Part shown: positions 37,538-49,500 of the stretch, piece by piece
Position numbering within the stretch: the first letter of the stretch is position 1
Layout: the number at the start of each line of letters is the position of its first letter
NCBI GenBank assembly: GCA_041752695.1
Contig: JBGSVZ010000066.1
Span: 60,239-124,238 of the forward strand
Length of the DNA stretch: 64,000 nt
DNA from: Terrimicrobiaceae bacterium
Lineage (GTDB): Bacteria; Verrucomicrobiota; Verrucomicrobiia; Chthoniobacterales; Terrimicrobiaceae
Direction: 5' to 3'
Program-made: the position numbers and the translations under genes
The notes under the pieces: model-generated
Database searches by the model: none
Told to the model about the DNA's origin: nothing
The model's input: only the letters and a program-made list of their open reading frames with translations

Positions 37538-38056
37538 TCAGGAATCGGCGGCCATTTGGGCAGCGCGAATCAGGGCTTCAGCGACCAAATGCGCTTCGGC
37601 CGGACTCATTTCTCGGGCGTCACAGACGTCCAGAGAGACGAACCCGGTGAGTGCGCTCGTCCGGACGACCACCCTAGGGGCGTGGTCGGCGCTACCGAAG
37701 GGAAGGATGGTGACGGATTCATCGCCGCTTTCGGGGCTGACTTCCTTGCGCACCCAGGGGAGTTTTTCCTCATTCGCGGTGATGGCTGCGACATGTTCGT
37801 CGAGCCCGCTTTCCTCGCGGGCTTCGCCGGTCCGGCAAAGCAGGCGCATGTCCTGCAGCGGATTGCCGCCCTTGCGCAGGAAGGTGGTGCGAATCTCGCC
37901 GTTTTTCAGAAAAACGCGGCTCTCGTAATCGCCCTTCGGGGTCCGTCCCCTCACGGCGTAGGTATTGGCGACGGTAATGGTCAGGGTGGGGATGTCCGCC
38001 TGGAGGCGTGCGACAAGCGGGCGGAGCGTGAGTTGGGATTCGGAGAGCGCGATCAT
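37538..38056 (-). CDS. Hypothetical protein
   Basis: Natural-looking 172-aa ORF filling the gap; no recognised motif; start uncertain. Confidence 0.55.
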   Translation of the reverse strand: MIALSESQLTLRPLVARLQADIPTLTITVANTYAVRGRTPKGDYESRVFLKNGEIRTTFLRKGGNPLQDMRLLCRTGEAREESGLDEHVAAITANEEKLPWVRKEVSPESGDESVTILPFGSADHAPRVVVRTSALTGFVSLDVCDAREMSPAEAHLVAEALIRAAQMAADS

Positions 38057-38232
38057 GAAAGTGAGGCTTCCCCGCAGAAGAGTTTCTTTGGAAGAAGTTA
38101 GTGACAAATTTAGCAGGTTTCCCGCAGAGCAATAGAAAAAATGTTACGAAACCGTCACAGGAAAATCCGGCGCGATGAGGGCGCGATTTTTTCGAGCGTT
38201 TCCGATTTTTACCATTACAGTGCTCCGCTCGC

Positions 38233-39426
38233 ATGAACCGGCTGTTGATCGTCATCCTTGCTGCGCTCTCGATGCTCGGGGCGCTGTCCATCGACGCCTA
38301 CCTGCCGGCTTTGCCCGCCATCGCGAAGGAATTCGGCACCACGATGGGGCCGGTGCAGCAGTCGCTCACCGCGTATGTCTTTGCCTTTGCGGTAATGACG
38401 TTGTTTTACGGCACGCTTTCCGATTCGTTTGGCCGTCGCCTGATTGTGCTGTGGTCGCTGGTGTTTTATCTCTTCGGCACCATTGGAGCGGCCTGTGCGG
38501 GGTCGTTGGAAATGCTGATCGTCTTCCGGCTCTTGCAGGGATTTTCCGCCGGGGGAGGGGCCGTGGTGGCAAGAGCGATCGTGGCCGATCTTTTTACTGG
38601 CGCGGAGGCGCATCGGGTCATGTCCTACATCAATGTGGTGTTCGGTCTGGCGCCCGCCCTGGCTCCGATCATTGGCGGCTGGCTCCTGGCCGTGGCTGGC
38701 TGGCGGTCGATCTTCTGGTTTATCGTGTTGTTTACCGTGGTGCTGCTCGTCGCCTGCGCCTGGGCTTTGCCCGAGAGCCTGCCGAAGGAAAAAAGGCAGG
38801 TTTTTCAGATGCGTGTCATGCTCGCGAACTATTGGGAGGTGGGCAGCCATGGCTATTTTCTTCTTCGCTCGTTGAGCACCGCGATGGCTTTTTCGGGTAT
38901 CATGATTTACGTCGCGGCGGCTCCGTTTTTTGTCATGGACATTCTGGGGATGAACGTGACGGATTTCGGTTGGTTATTTATTCCGCTGATTGGAGGAATG
39001 ACCGCAGGCTCCGTCGCCGCTGGCTGGCTGAGTCAGAGAATCAAGACGCCCGCTGTGATCAGCGCGGGATTTGCTATCATGGTGCTGGCGGGCATTTGGA
39101 ATGTGATTTATGCGGCGGTATTTTTCCAGCGGCTTCCCTGGGCCGTGCTGCCGCTGGCGATTTTCTCCTTTGGGGCCGCGCTGTGCTCGCCCGCCATGAG
39201 CATGATCACCCTGGAAATGTTTCCCAAATACCGCGGCCTGGCGGCGTCGCTCCAGACGTTCCTGTTTATGCTGCTTTTTTCCGTCGTATCGGGCCTGGTC
39301 GTGCCCCTCATGCCGGAAGGGCCGCTGCCTTTCGGAATTGCCGTTCTGGTCGGCGCGGTGCTTTGCGTGATCTGCTGGGTGATCGCGGCGGCGGCCCCCG
39401 TGCGGCCGACGGGGGAAGCGCGCTGA
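38233..39426 (+). CDS. Bcr/CflA-family MFS multidrug efflux transporter
   Basis: SIDAYLPALP, GTLSDSFGRR motif A, RLLQG, PALAPIIGG, GWRSIF, LPESL; about 12 TM segments. Confidence 0.93.
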   Translation: MNRLLIVILAALSMLGALSIDAYLPALPAIAKEFGTTMGPVQQSLTAYVFAFAVMTLFYGTLSDSFGRRLIVLWSLVFYLFGTIGAACAGSLEMLIVFRLLQGFSAGGGAVVARAIVADLFTGAEAHRVMSYINVVFGLAPALAPIIGGWLLAVAGWRSIFWFIVLFTVVLLVACAWALPESLPKEKRQVFQMRVMLANYWEVGSHGYFLLRSLSTAMAFSGIMIYVAAAPFFVMDILGMNVTDFGWLFIPLIGGMTAGSVAAGWLSQRIKTPAVISAGFAIMVLAGIWNVIYAAVFFQRLPWAVLPLAIFSFGAALCSPAMSMITLEMFPKYRGLAASLQTFLFMLLFSVVSGLVVPLMPEGPLPFGIAVLVGAVLCVICWVIAAAAPVRPTGEAR

Positions 39427-39469
39427 ATGATTTGTTTGCCTCCTGCCGTGTTTCCGGGAAATTAGGTGC

Positions 39470-40033
39470 ATGATTCTGGTCATCGATAACTACGATTCCT
39501 TCACCTACAACCTCGTGCAGTATTTCGGCGAGCTGGGCGCGGAGATTGTGGTCCGGCGCAACGACGAGGTCACGGTGGAGGACATCGAAACCATGAATCC
39601 CGAGCGCATCGTGGTTTCTCCGGGTCCCTGCACGCCAAACGAAGCGGGCGTGAGTTGCGAGGTCATTCAAACCTTCGGCGGAAAAAAACCGGTGCTCGGT
39701 GTTTGCCTGGGCCATCAAAGCATCGGGCAGGTTTACGGCGGGGACGTCGTTCGGGCGGACCGGCTGATGCATGGCAAGACTTCACCTATTCACCATACCG
39801 GCGAAAATGTTTTCACGGGTTTGCCCAGTCCCTTTGAAGCCACCCGGTACCATTCGCTGCTGGTCAAACGGGAAACGCTGCCGGACTGCCTCCGGATCAC
39901 CGCCTGGACGGAGGAGGGGGAAATCATGGGTCTCGCCCACCGGGAACTTCCGGTCTACGGCGTGCAGTTCCACCCGGAGTCCATCCTCACGTCCGAGGGC
40001 AAAAATCTTCTGCGAAATTTTCTGACCTTGTAA
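39470..40033 (+). CDS. trpG: Anthranilate/aminodeoxychorismate synthase component II (glutamine amidotransferase; trpG or pabA)
   Basis: [42 protein letters not shown]. Confidence 0.92.
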   Translation: MILVIDNYDSFTYNLVQYFGELGAEIVVRRNDEVTVEDIETMNPERIVVSPGPCTPNEAGVSCEVIQTFGGKKPVLGVCLGHQSIGQVYGGDVVRADRLMHGKTSPIHHTGENVFTGLPSPFEATRYHSLLVKRETLPDCLRITAWTEEGEIMGLAHRELPVYGVQFHPESILTSEGKNLLRNFLTL

Positions 40034-40433
40034 ATATCCGCAACTTGCCTGTTGCGGCCGGGATAAACGTGGTACTGTTCATGCCATGAGACTCCTCAGT
40101 ATTCTGAAGTCGGTGACCGGGAATTTTAAGGGAGGGCGGAGGTTCCGCAACTCCCTCGTTATGCTTCGAGTGGGGATATTTTTTGGTCAGATCCGGACCT
40201 TTTTTCAGGTCCTGGGGGGGAACCGCGATTTGCGCAACGGCGAAAATCTCCCGCCGAGGATTGGTGATCTGGTCCCGATTCGGTCGAATTCGCCCCGGCG
40301 TTCTCACGGGCCGCTGCCGGCCGAAAGGTCGCGTCTTTTCCCGCGCGACTGACGCCACGCGGATTTTTCCTTGCCCGCCGCAATGCTGCGGAGATAGTAA
40401 CCGTTCTTTGCGACCAAGGCGTCGCACATTTTA

Positions 40434-40522
40434 GGAAGGGTGGCTGAGTCCGGTCGAAGGCACTCGACTCGAAATCGAGCGAACTGTAACAGGTTCCGTG
40501 GGTTCAAATCCCACCCCTTCCG
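40434..40522 (+). tRNA. tRNA-Ser (anticodon CGA)
   Basis: Acceptor GGAAGGG/CCCTTCC, anticodon arm CTCGA-CTCGAAA-TCGAG, long variable arm, T arm GTGGG-TTCAAAT-CCCAC, discriminator G; CCA not encoded. Confidence 0.95.
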
Positions 40523-40621
40523 CGCTTCCGTAAGGAGGGAAAATTTTGGCAACGAAGCCACTTCCGGAAAGCCTGCGCAGCAGGCAATCCCATCCTTTCC
40601 GCCATGGCCCGCCCCCGGTTT

Positions 40622-42031
40622 TCAGCGCACCTCTGCCGCCGGTTTTTCAAAGACCCGCACGCTACCGCCGCCAAAGGACGCAACTTCCTTCCAGTCGGTT
40701 TGCTGAAAATCCTTCAGCGGCAGGCCGGTGAGGTCGGAGTATTTCGCTTCCCAGATTACGACGGTGCCGGGTGGGAGCGTGGCGGCGCTTGGACTGATCT
40801 CGTCGGGCGGTTTTGCGATTTCGATCCAGTCGCGGGAAAATGCCGCGTAGATGTGGTGGCAGATAACCGGCCGGGCGGCCGGACGATGCACTTCCTGCCA
40901 GTCGAGGGCTTGTTGGAGAGCGTGGTGGATGGGATCCCGGGCCAGGCCGAGCTGTGGGGGGACGCCGGCCCATTTTTGCATGGCCAGGACATGAACGAGG
41001 AGGAGTCCTTGCAGGGCCAGACCAGCGATGAGGATTCCGGCCAACACGTTTGATCCGATCCGGCGGCGGTCGAGCAGGGCATCCGCGCCAAAAACGGCCA
41101 CGATCGCCAGGCCGGGCACCGCAGGCATGAGAAAATGGTAATATCCCCCGGAGGCAAACAACCCCTTCCAGAAGATCACACTGTGGAGGGCAAAGTAAGC
41201 GGGATAAAAAAAGAGCGGCCAGCACTGGCGCCACCCGCGGAGACAACGCGGGAGACCGCAGACGGCCAGAATCACGGTGCACACTCCCGCCGGAACCAGG
41301 CAGATGGCCGCGAAATGCCAGAGCGGTCCGCTCCCGTAGATCTCGGTGGGTTTGGCGTCGAAGTAGATCCGCGAGGGCAGATCATGCAGGCAGATCCAGG
41401 CGGCGAGGTTGTAGGCGGCGAGGGGAAACGCCGAAGCCAGGGCGGCGGGGACGAGGTCGAAGGGTTTGCGATGAAGGAGACGTTCGACGGTGACGGCGAT
41501 GGCCCAAAGCCCCAGCAGGGCAATGCCTTCGTGGCGGATGAGCGGCAGAAGGCCGAAACAAAACCCTGACCAGGCGAGCCGACGGCCGGAAAGGAACCAG
41601 ATTCCCCCAAGCATGGCGAGGAGGAATGGGGTCTGAGTGAGGACTCCCCAGGACAGTTCGACAAACCAGGGCTGAAACCAGAGTGCAAGCGGAACCAACC
41701 ACGCTCGTTTTGCTCCGAGCCGTGCCGCCAGAAGGGTGCTGATCCAAACGGCCAAAGCGGCGAAAAGGAGCGTCCAGATCCGCGCGGCGGTAAGGCCGAA
41801 ATGGGAGGGCAGAACGTGAAACAGATTTCGCCCGATGCGAGTCCAGGCGTCGAAAATCAGGACGGGATTCTGCCAGACACTGCGGGAACGCAGGTAGTGG
41901 GAAAGTTCATCATCGAGGCTCCAGCCGGTGGACACCAGGAGGTAAAAAAGACACCAGATAAACCCGCCGATGAAGGAGGTAAGGAAAAAAGCTTTCTGGC
42001 GGCCGTTCCACCCGCTCCAGAGCCAATTCAC
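40622..42031 (-). CDS. Polytopic membrane protein, probable GT-C fold glycosyltransferase
   Basis: Many TM segments; acidic DDE after first helix; RHEG; GTG start overlaps the upstream stop (GTGA). Confidence 0.6.
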   Translation of the reverse strand: MNWLWSGWNGRQKAFFLTSFIGGFIWCLFYLLVSTGWSLDDELSHYLRSRSVWQNPVLIFDAWTRIGRNLFHVLPSHFGLTAARIWTLLFAALAVWISTLLAARLGAKRAWLVPLALWFQPWFVELSWGVLTQTPFLLAMLGGIWFLSGRRLAWSGFCFGLLPLIRHEGIALLGLWAIAVTVERLLHRKPFDLVPAALASAFPLAAYNLAAWICLHDLPSRIYFDAKPTEIYGSGPLWHFAAICLVPAGVCTVILAVCGLPRCLRGWRQCWPLFFYPAYFALHSVIFWKGLFASGGYYHFLMPAVPGLAIVAVFGADALLDRRRIGSNVLAGILIAGLALQGLLLVHVLAMQKWAGVPPQLGLARDPIHHALQQALDWQEVHRPAARPVICHHIYAAFSRDWIEIAKPPDEISPSAATLPPGTVVIWEAKYSDLTGLPLKDFQQTDWKEVASFGGGSVRVFEKPAAEVR

Positions 42032-42575
42032 GGCCCGTTGGGCGGAAGATCGTCCCGGAAAGGTTCGGGCATGATTTTCACGCGGGCCCCCACGCCGACC
42101 GTATTGTAGAGCTCGATCACATCGCGCGAACGCATGCGGATGCAGCCGTAGCTCGCCGGGGTGCCGATGGTGCGCTCCTCCGGCGTCCCGTGGATGTAAA
42201 TGAAACGCTCGTAGGCGTTGTCGTTTTGCGGTTCCTGGCCTTCGAGCCAGAGGATGCGGGTGACAATGGGGTCGCGGCCGGGAGCGTCGATGGGCAGAAT
42301 TTCTCCGGTCGGACGCCGGGATTTAAAAACCGTGCCGGAGGGGACATCACCGCCGATTTTTTTCCGAATCTTGAGCAAGCCGAGCGGGGTGCCGTTGCTG
42401 CCAGGGGTGTCACTGAGCCCGAACTTCGAGGTCGAAACCGGGTACTCGGCGATTTTGATGCCCTCGCGCAGGACGATCATGCGCTGGCTGGACGTACTGA
42501 CGAGGATGCGATGTTTGGTATCCTCCGCGCAGCCCGCCAGGATCACGGCCAGCGCCAACAGCGGAGCAACGCGGA

Positions 42576-42579
<4 letters not shown>
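42028..42579 (-). CDS. L,D-transpeptidase (YkuD) family lipoprotein
   Basis: Lipobox LAGC; YPVSTS, GTPLG, IYIHGT...ASYGCIRM; GTG at 42579 overlaps the GT2 stop. Confidence 0.88.
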
Positions 42580-44090
<1,511 letters not shown>

Positions 44091-44306
44091 CACAGATAAT
44101 TCCTCCCCATGTAAAATGCGGCGCTATCAACCCAAACCAGCTCAGCAGGTCAAGAGCAAAAACCGGGCCAGGAGGCCGGCCCCGGGGAAACTGAAGGCAA
44201 GAAATCTTCAGTAAACTTGGAGCGAAGGCCCCCCGAAACGTGTAGGCCGCACCGCCGGAGCGGCGGGCAAGGGAAGTTTGGAACAGGGTGCCGGCGCGAA
44301 TTCGGA

Positions 44307-44927
44307 CTATGGCCGATTTTCGTCCGGGGACAACGACGCCAGCCTCGCCTCGAGCTCGGTGATTCGTTCCCTCATGGGCGAGACAATTTCGTCCACCTCA
44401 GCGGCCGTAAAGCGGGGCGTGATGAATTTGGGGCAATTCCAATCGTAGCTTAAGACATCGATGAGAAAAATCCGCTCGACCCGGGAGGCATGACCGCCCG
44501 AAGGCGCGACTTTTTCTACGAGAGCGGGATGCTCCCTGGCATCAACCACCGTCGCATGACCGAGAATCTTCAATCGGGACTGGCTCGGATAGTCCATCAG
44601 GAAGAGGGCGACCCGATCCTGCTGGGAGAGGCTTCCAACGGTGATCATCTGACGGTTCCCCCCGTAGTCGGCGAAGCCAATTTGATGAGCCCCAAGGGTC
44701 CTCAGGAAGCCCGTTGGTCCTCCACGATGCTGGATGTAGGGCCAGCCGTTTTCCGTGATAGTGGCGAGGTAAAAGCTATCGCGGCTCTGAATGAAATTCA
44801 TCTCGTCCGCCATCAGCGCCTCGGGCTTCGGAGCGGATTCGGTCGTCGGGTAGGTCCTCCCGTAATAGTGCTGCTCCGCCTCAAGAACGGCGGGCGTCAA
44901 CATTGTATGCAGAAATCGAGCGGCCAT
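44307..44927 (-). CDS. Pyridoxamine 5'-phosphate oxidase-related FMN-binding protein
   Basis: FYLAT, GWPYIQHRGGPTGF, FADYGGNRQ, LFLMDY, DWNCP. Confidence 0.88.
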   Translation of the reverse strand: MAARFLHTMLTPAVLEAEQHYYGRTYPTTESAPKPEALMADEMNFIQSRDSFYLATITENGWPYIQHRGGPTGFLRTLGAHQIGFADYGGNRQMITVGSLSQQDRVALFLMDYPSQSRLKILGHATVVDAREHPALVEKVAPSGGHASRVERIFLIDVLSYDWNCPKFITPRFTAAEVDEIVSPMRERITELEARLASLSPDENRP

Positions 44928-44989
44928 AAATATTTACATTCTGTTCGGAGTTTCCGTCTCGGTGGAAATGTTCTGCCATTCAGGGCAGG

Positions 44990-45433
44990 TCATGCTCTTC
45001 CTCCGAAATTTACGAAATCATCGACATCGAGATACTCGAAAATAGTTTCGATGTCGGCTCGTCCGGGGCAGAGGCGTTTGATTTCCCCGGTGAACCACTC
45101 TCGGGATTCCACGTCATTGACGGAGAACCGTTCCGTCCAAGCCGACCACTGACTGATTTCCAGCGCGGAGCGCCGAAGCGGGGCGTTCTTCGCGATCCAT
45201 TGCAAAATTTCGCCATCGGATTTGCCCGCCCTGGCTTCTTCGAGGAGGGAAGTCGCCGCACTCCCAGTGAAGTCGAAAAACAGGGAATCCAGTGTGCTGT
45301 TGAATTTGTATTCCCCGGCCGTTCCGGCGGCGGTCGCCCGGGCCTTGTCCAGGAGGCGCGGCAGGATGGCGTATCCGCCAAGACGAATGCGCGGGCTGCG
45401 GGGTGGGCGAAGGGTGAGGTCGGGTGTTTTCAT
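44990..45433 (-). CDS. DUF5069-like protein
   Basis: DLTLRPPRSPRIRLGGYAILPRLLDKARA...GEYKF...LD...F; ATG at 45433. Confidence 0.75.
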   Translation of the reverse strand: MKTPDLTLRPPRSPRIRLGGYAILPRLLDKARATAAGTAGEYKFNSTLDSLFFDFTGSAATSLLEEARAGKSDGEILQWIAKNAPLRRSALEISQWSAWTERFSVNDVESREWFTGEIKRLCPGRADIETIFEYLDVDDFVNFGGRA

Positions 45434-45536
45434 AGTCAGTGGGTGTTTGTGATTTCTGGCCCGAAGGCGGGTCCCTCGGGACGTCTCGACCATGCCCCCG
45501 GCGGCATCTCTCGACCAATGCCGGTTCGTTATTGCA

Positions 45537-45557
45537 GATATGCCCATCGGGCATATC
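45537..45557. promoter_or_regulatory. LysR recognition site (T-N11-A palindrome)
   Basis: Perfect GATATGCCC-ATC-GGGCATATC 8 bp before the LysR ATG; weaker ATGC-initiated sites at 45492 and 45518. Confidence 0.7.
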
Positions 45558-45565
45558 GTCCCCCG

Positions 45566-46453
45566 ATGCTCGAACGTCTCCGCGCGCTAATGATTGTGGT
45601 CGAAGAGGGCAGCGTCAACCGCGCTGCCGTCCGGCTCCGGATCACCCAGCCGGCCCTGAGCCGACAGATGAAATGGCTCGAGACGGAAATCGGCGGTAGG
45701 TTGCTCGAGCGTGAAGCTACTGGCGTCAAGCCGACCGGCCTCGGGCTGGTCCTCCTCAAAACGATTCGACCGGTCATCGATTCTTACGAAGCTGCCATAG
45801 CGGAGGTGAGGCGGGAAGCGCGGGGCCTGCGGTCCGAGCTGCGGGTGGGTTTCATCATGTCGGCGGCGCAATCCATTCTGTCACCCGCGATGAAAAAACT
45901 GCAAAAATCCCATCCGGACTTAAAACTCAAGCTGAGTGACATGTCCCCCAGAGAGCAAATTGACGCTCTCAAGGCCGGGGACATTGACGTGGCATTGACC
46001 GGTCAGGAGGGCGTGGTCGCCTCGAGGGATTTCCGCAGCCTCAAATTGAGATCGTTCGCCGTCTGTGCCGCCCTGGCCTCGACCGATCCATTGGCCGCCC
46101 AAAACCACCTCGCAATGAGCCAGCTCAGGGATCGGCCATTCATTGGGATCGATGAGGACCAGATGCCGGGCCGGAACCGTTGGATTACCGCCCTCTGCCG
46201 GGCTGCCGGTTTTCGACCCCGTTTCGTCTCCATCACCGATGGGATCTCCCACGTCCTATCCCTCGTGAGTTCCGAGTCGGCCGTGACCCTCTTGCCGGAC
46301 TATTTCAGGGAAAGTTCCCACCCCGGAATCACGTTTGTTCCTGTCAGCGACCGGAAAGCGAAATGGGATTTCCTTATCCTCTGGCAACGGGGAAAGACCC
46401 CGCCGGCCACTCTGGCCCTCATCGACGCTTTGCGGGACGGTGTCCCCAAGTGA
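45566..46453 (+). CDS. LysR-family transcriptional regulator
   Basis: EEGSVNRAAVRLRITQPALSRQMKWLE HTH, LRVGF, GDIDVAL; divergent from the DUF5069 operon. Confidence 0.93.
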   Translation: MLERLRALMIVVEEGSVNRAAVRLRITQPALSRQMKWLETEIGGRLLEREATGVKPTGLGLVLLKTIRPVIDSYEAAIAEVRREARGLRSELRVGFIMSAAQSILSPAMKKLQKSHPDLKLKLSDMSPREQIDALKAGDIDVALTGQEGVVASRDFRSLKLRSFAVCAALASTDPLAAQNHLAMSQLRDRPFIGIDEDQMPGRNRWITALCRAAGFRPRFVSITDGISHVLSLVSSESAVTLLPDYFRESSHPGITFVPVSDRKAKWDFLILWQRGKTPPATLALIDALRDGVPK

Positions 46454-46596
46454 GATGCCGGCTGCGATCCTGGACAGGCGTCGGACAGGTGCGTTTCATG
46501 AACCGCAAATTTTGCAAGCATGCGGGGCGATGAACCGAGTTGGTCCCATCGCCCCGCTGGCTGCCTAACCAATTATTTTTCTAAAACTCCGGGAGC

Positions 46597-49500
46597 TTAT
46601 TGGCAAGCTTCACATTCTTCGCCGTTGCGCATGGCTTCGAGGGAGCAGGCTTTTTGTTCAGCGGGCGTGTATTCGCGCTTGGGTTCGGCGGGCTGGCCAC
46701 CGGCAACACCGCGCACTTCTTTCTTAGTCGTGGTGGTGGCGCTTTCGATGTTCGAGGCCCCGGTGCTGCGTAGGTAATAAGTGGTCTTCAGGCCGACGGC
46801 CCAGGCGCGGCGATACATGTGGCTGAGCACCTTGAGGTCGGGTTCCTCCATGAAGAGATTGACCGATTGAGATTGGTCGATCCACTTCTGACGGCGGGCG
46901 GCGGCATCGAGGACAAATTGGTAGGGAATCTTAAAGACGGTGAGGTGCTTCTTTTTGATCTCCTCGGGGATGTTGTCCACGTTGTCCAGTTCGCCGCCGA
47001 AATATTTGATCTGCTCCCGCATGGTGTCGTCCCATTTACCGATCTTTTTGAGATCGCGGACGAGTTCGGAGCTCAGGATGGTGTATTTGCCGCCGAGATT
47101 TTCTTTGACGAAGAGGTTCTTATAATTCGGCTCAATGCACGGGGTGGTGCCGGTGATGTTCGAGATCGTGGCTGTGGGAGCGATGGCCAGCACGTTGCTG
47201 TTGCGCATGCCGTGCTTTTTGATTTTGTCCCGGACGGGGGTCCAGTCCATCTTGCCGCCGCGGGGGACGTCGATCTTGATGCCGCGTTCGCGTTCGAGGG
47301 TTTCGATGGTGTCCTGCGGAAGCAATCCGCGATCCCACTTCGAACCGCGGTAGCTGCTGTAGGTTCCCCGTTCCGCCGCCAGGTCGCTCGATGCGCCGTA
47401 GGCAAAGAAGGCGATGGCTTCCATGAACTCGTCGTTAAAATCCACCGCTTCGTCGCTGGCGAAGGAGAGGTTGCGTTTGAAGAGGGCGTTTTGCAGGCCC
47501 ATGATCCCGAGGCCAATGGGACGGTGGCGCTGGTTGCTGCGTTTGGCCGCCTCGGTCGGGTAGAAGTTGATATCAATGACGTTGTCCAGGGCGCGCACGG
47601 CCACGGTGATGGTCTCGCGCAGCATGTCGAGGTCGAGCTCGCCATTGAGTTTCATGTGCGAATCGAGAATCACCGACCCCAGGTTGCAAACTGCGGTTTC
47701 GTCCTCGCTGGTGTTGAGCGTGATCTCGGTGCAGAGATTCGAACTGTGAATGACGCCGGTGTGATCCTGCGGCGAGCGCAGGTTGCAGGGGTCCTTGAAA
47801 GTGATCCAGGGGTGCCCGGTGGCGATGAGCATCTTGAGCATCTGTTTCCAGATCTCGAGGGCGGCGATTTTGCGTCCAAAGATTTTGCCCTCGGCGGCGA
47901 GCTTTTCGTAGTGAACGTAGCGGTCCTCAAACTTGCGCCCGTAGAGTTCGTGCAGATCGGGCACTTCGTTGGAGCGGAAGAGCGTCCAATCCTGGCGGGC
48001 CTCGACGCGTTTCATGAAAAGGTCGGGGATCCAGTTGGCCGTATTTAGATCGTGGGTGCGGCGGCGTTCGTCGCCGACGTTGTCCCGCAGCTTGAGGAAA
48101 TCCTCGATGTCGTTGTGCCAGGTTTCCAGATACGCGCAGCCGGAGCCGCGGCGTTTGCCGCCCTGATTGACCGCCACCAGCTGGTCGTTGTGGAGTTTGA
48201 GAAAAGGAATGACCCCCTGGCTTTCCCCATTGGTGCCCTTGATGTACCCACCCGTGCCGCGCACGGCCGTCCACGAGCCACCCAGTCCGCCCGCCCATTT
48301 GGAAAGGTAGGCATTTTCCGCAATACCGCGCTGCATGATGGACTCGATCGAGTCGTCGATTTTGTAGAGGTAACAGCTTGAGAGCTGACTGTGCAGCGTG
48401 CCGGCATTAAAGAGTGTCGGCGTGCTGGAGCAGAAGCGGCGGCCCTTGTAGAGATTGTAAAGGCGGACCACCCAATCCTCGCGATCTTTGGGTTCTTCAA
48501 GGAAGAGCCCCATGGCGACGCGCATCCAGAAAAATTGGGGCGTTTCCAGACGGCGGGCGGACTTGCGGGTTTTGTCCACCACGAGATACCGGTCGTACAT
48601 CGTCTGGATGCCGAGGTAATCGAAATCGAGGTCGGCGGACGGGTCCAGGGCCTCGGCGAGTTTGTCGAGTTGGTAGCCAAGAAGTTTCGGCGACAGGCGT
48701 TCGATGGTGACACCGTGGCGAAGGTAGCTCTTGAAGGCCTTGCGGTGGGCTTCCTTGAGTCCCTCAATACCGTTGCGGACAATGTTCCAGTCGAGGACTT
48801 CTTCGTAGATGTAGGTGAGAAGGATGCGGCCGGCAAATTTGGCGAAATCCGCATCGCGTTCAATGAGGGCCTTGGCGTTGAGCGCGATGGTGTCGCGCAG
48901 GCCCTCCTCGGTGGTTTCCGTGCCGATGGAGCGGCGGAGTTCGCGCTCGATATGGTCCGCATCGAGGTTGAGGTCGAGGCCGATCATGGCGAATTGGATG
49001 CGGGCCTTAAGGTCGGTGCCATCCCAGAAATCGCTCTGGCCATCAGCCCTGCGGACAACTACGAGCGAGTCCTGCTGCGGTTCGTCGGCCTGACGGGCTT
49101 CGTCTTCGCGCTGTTGGAAACGATGCGCGCGATAAAGGACGTAGCTAGCGGCCACTTTGTAGTAGCCCTGGCGCATGAGTTCTTCCTGCACCATGTCCTG
49201 CACGTCCTCAATGTGAACAAAAGCACGGTCGCCATTGCGCACGCGTTCCGTGATGGCGCGGGCGATGCGGGCGGCGGGTTCGGCGTCTTCTTTCTCGGAA
49301 AGGAAGGCCTTGCGCACGGCGGTTTCAATTTTGTCCTCGATCCACGGGACGACCGAGCCGCTGCGGCGGATGAGGCGGACCGTGATCGGGGCGGCGGCGG
49401 GACGGGCGTCGGAAACGCTGATGCCTCCGCGGGCGGAACGGCTGAATACCAGGCTCTTCGCCACGTCGTGGGCGTCGTTTTCAATGAGCGCCTTCTCGAT

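Noticed and set aside
40086..40352. 88-aa ORF between trpG and the tRNA
   Set aside because: No recognisable features and Arg/Pro-rich composition; not supportable
40434..40620. tRNA-Ser as an integration site for a genomic island
   Set aside because: No integrase nearby and no duplicated tRNA 3' end noticed in the window
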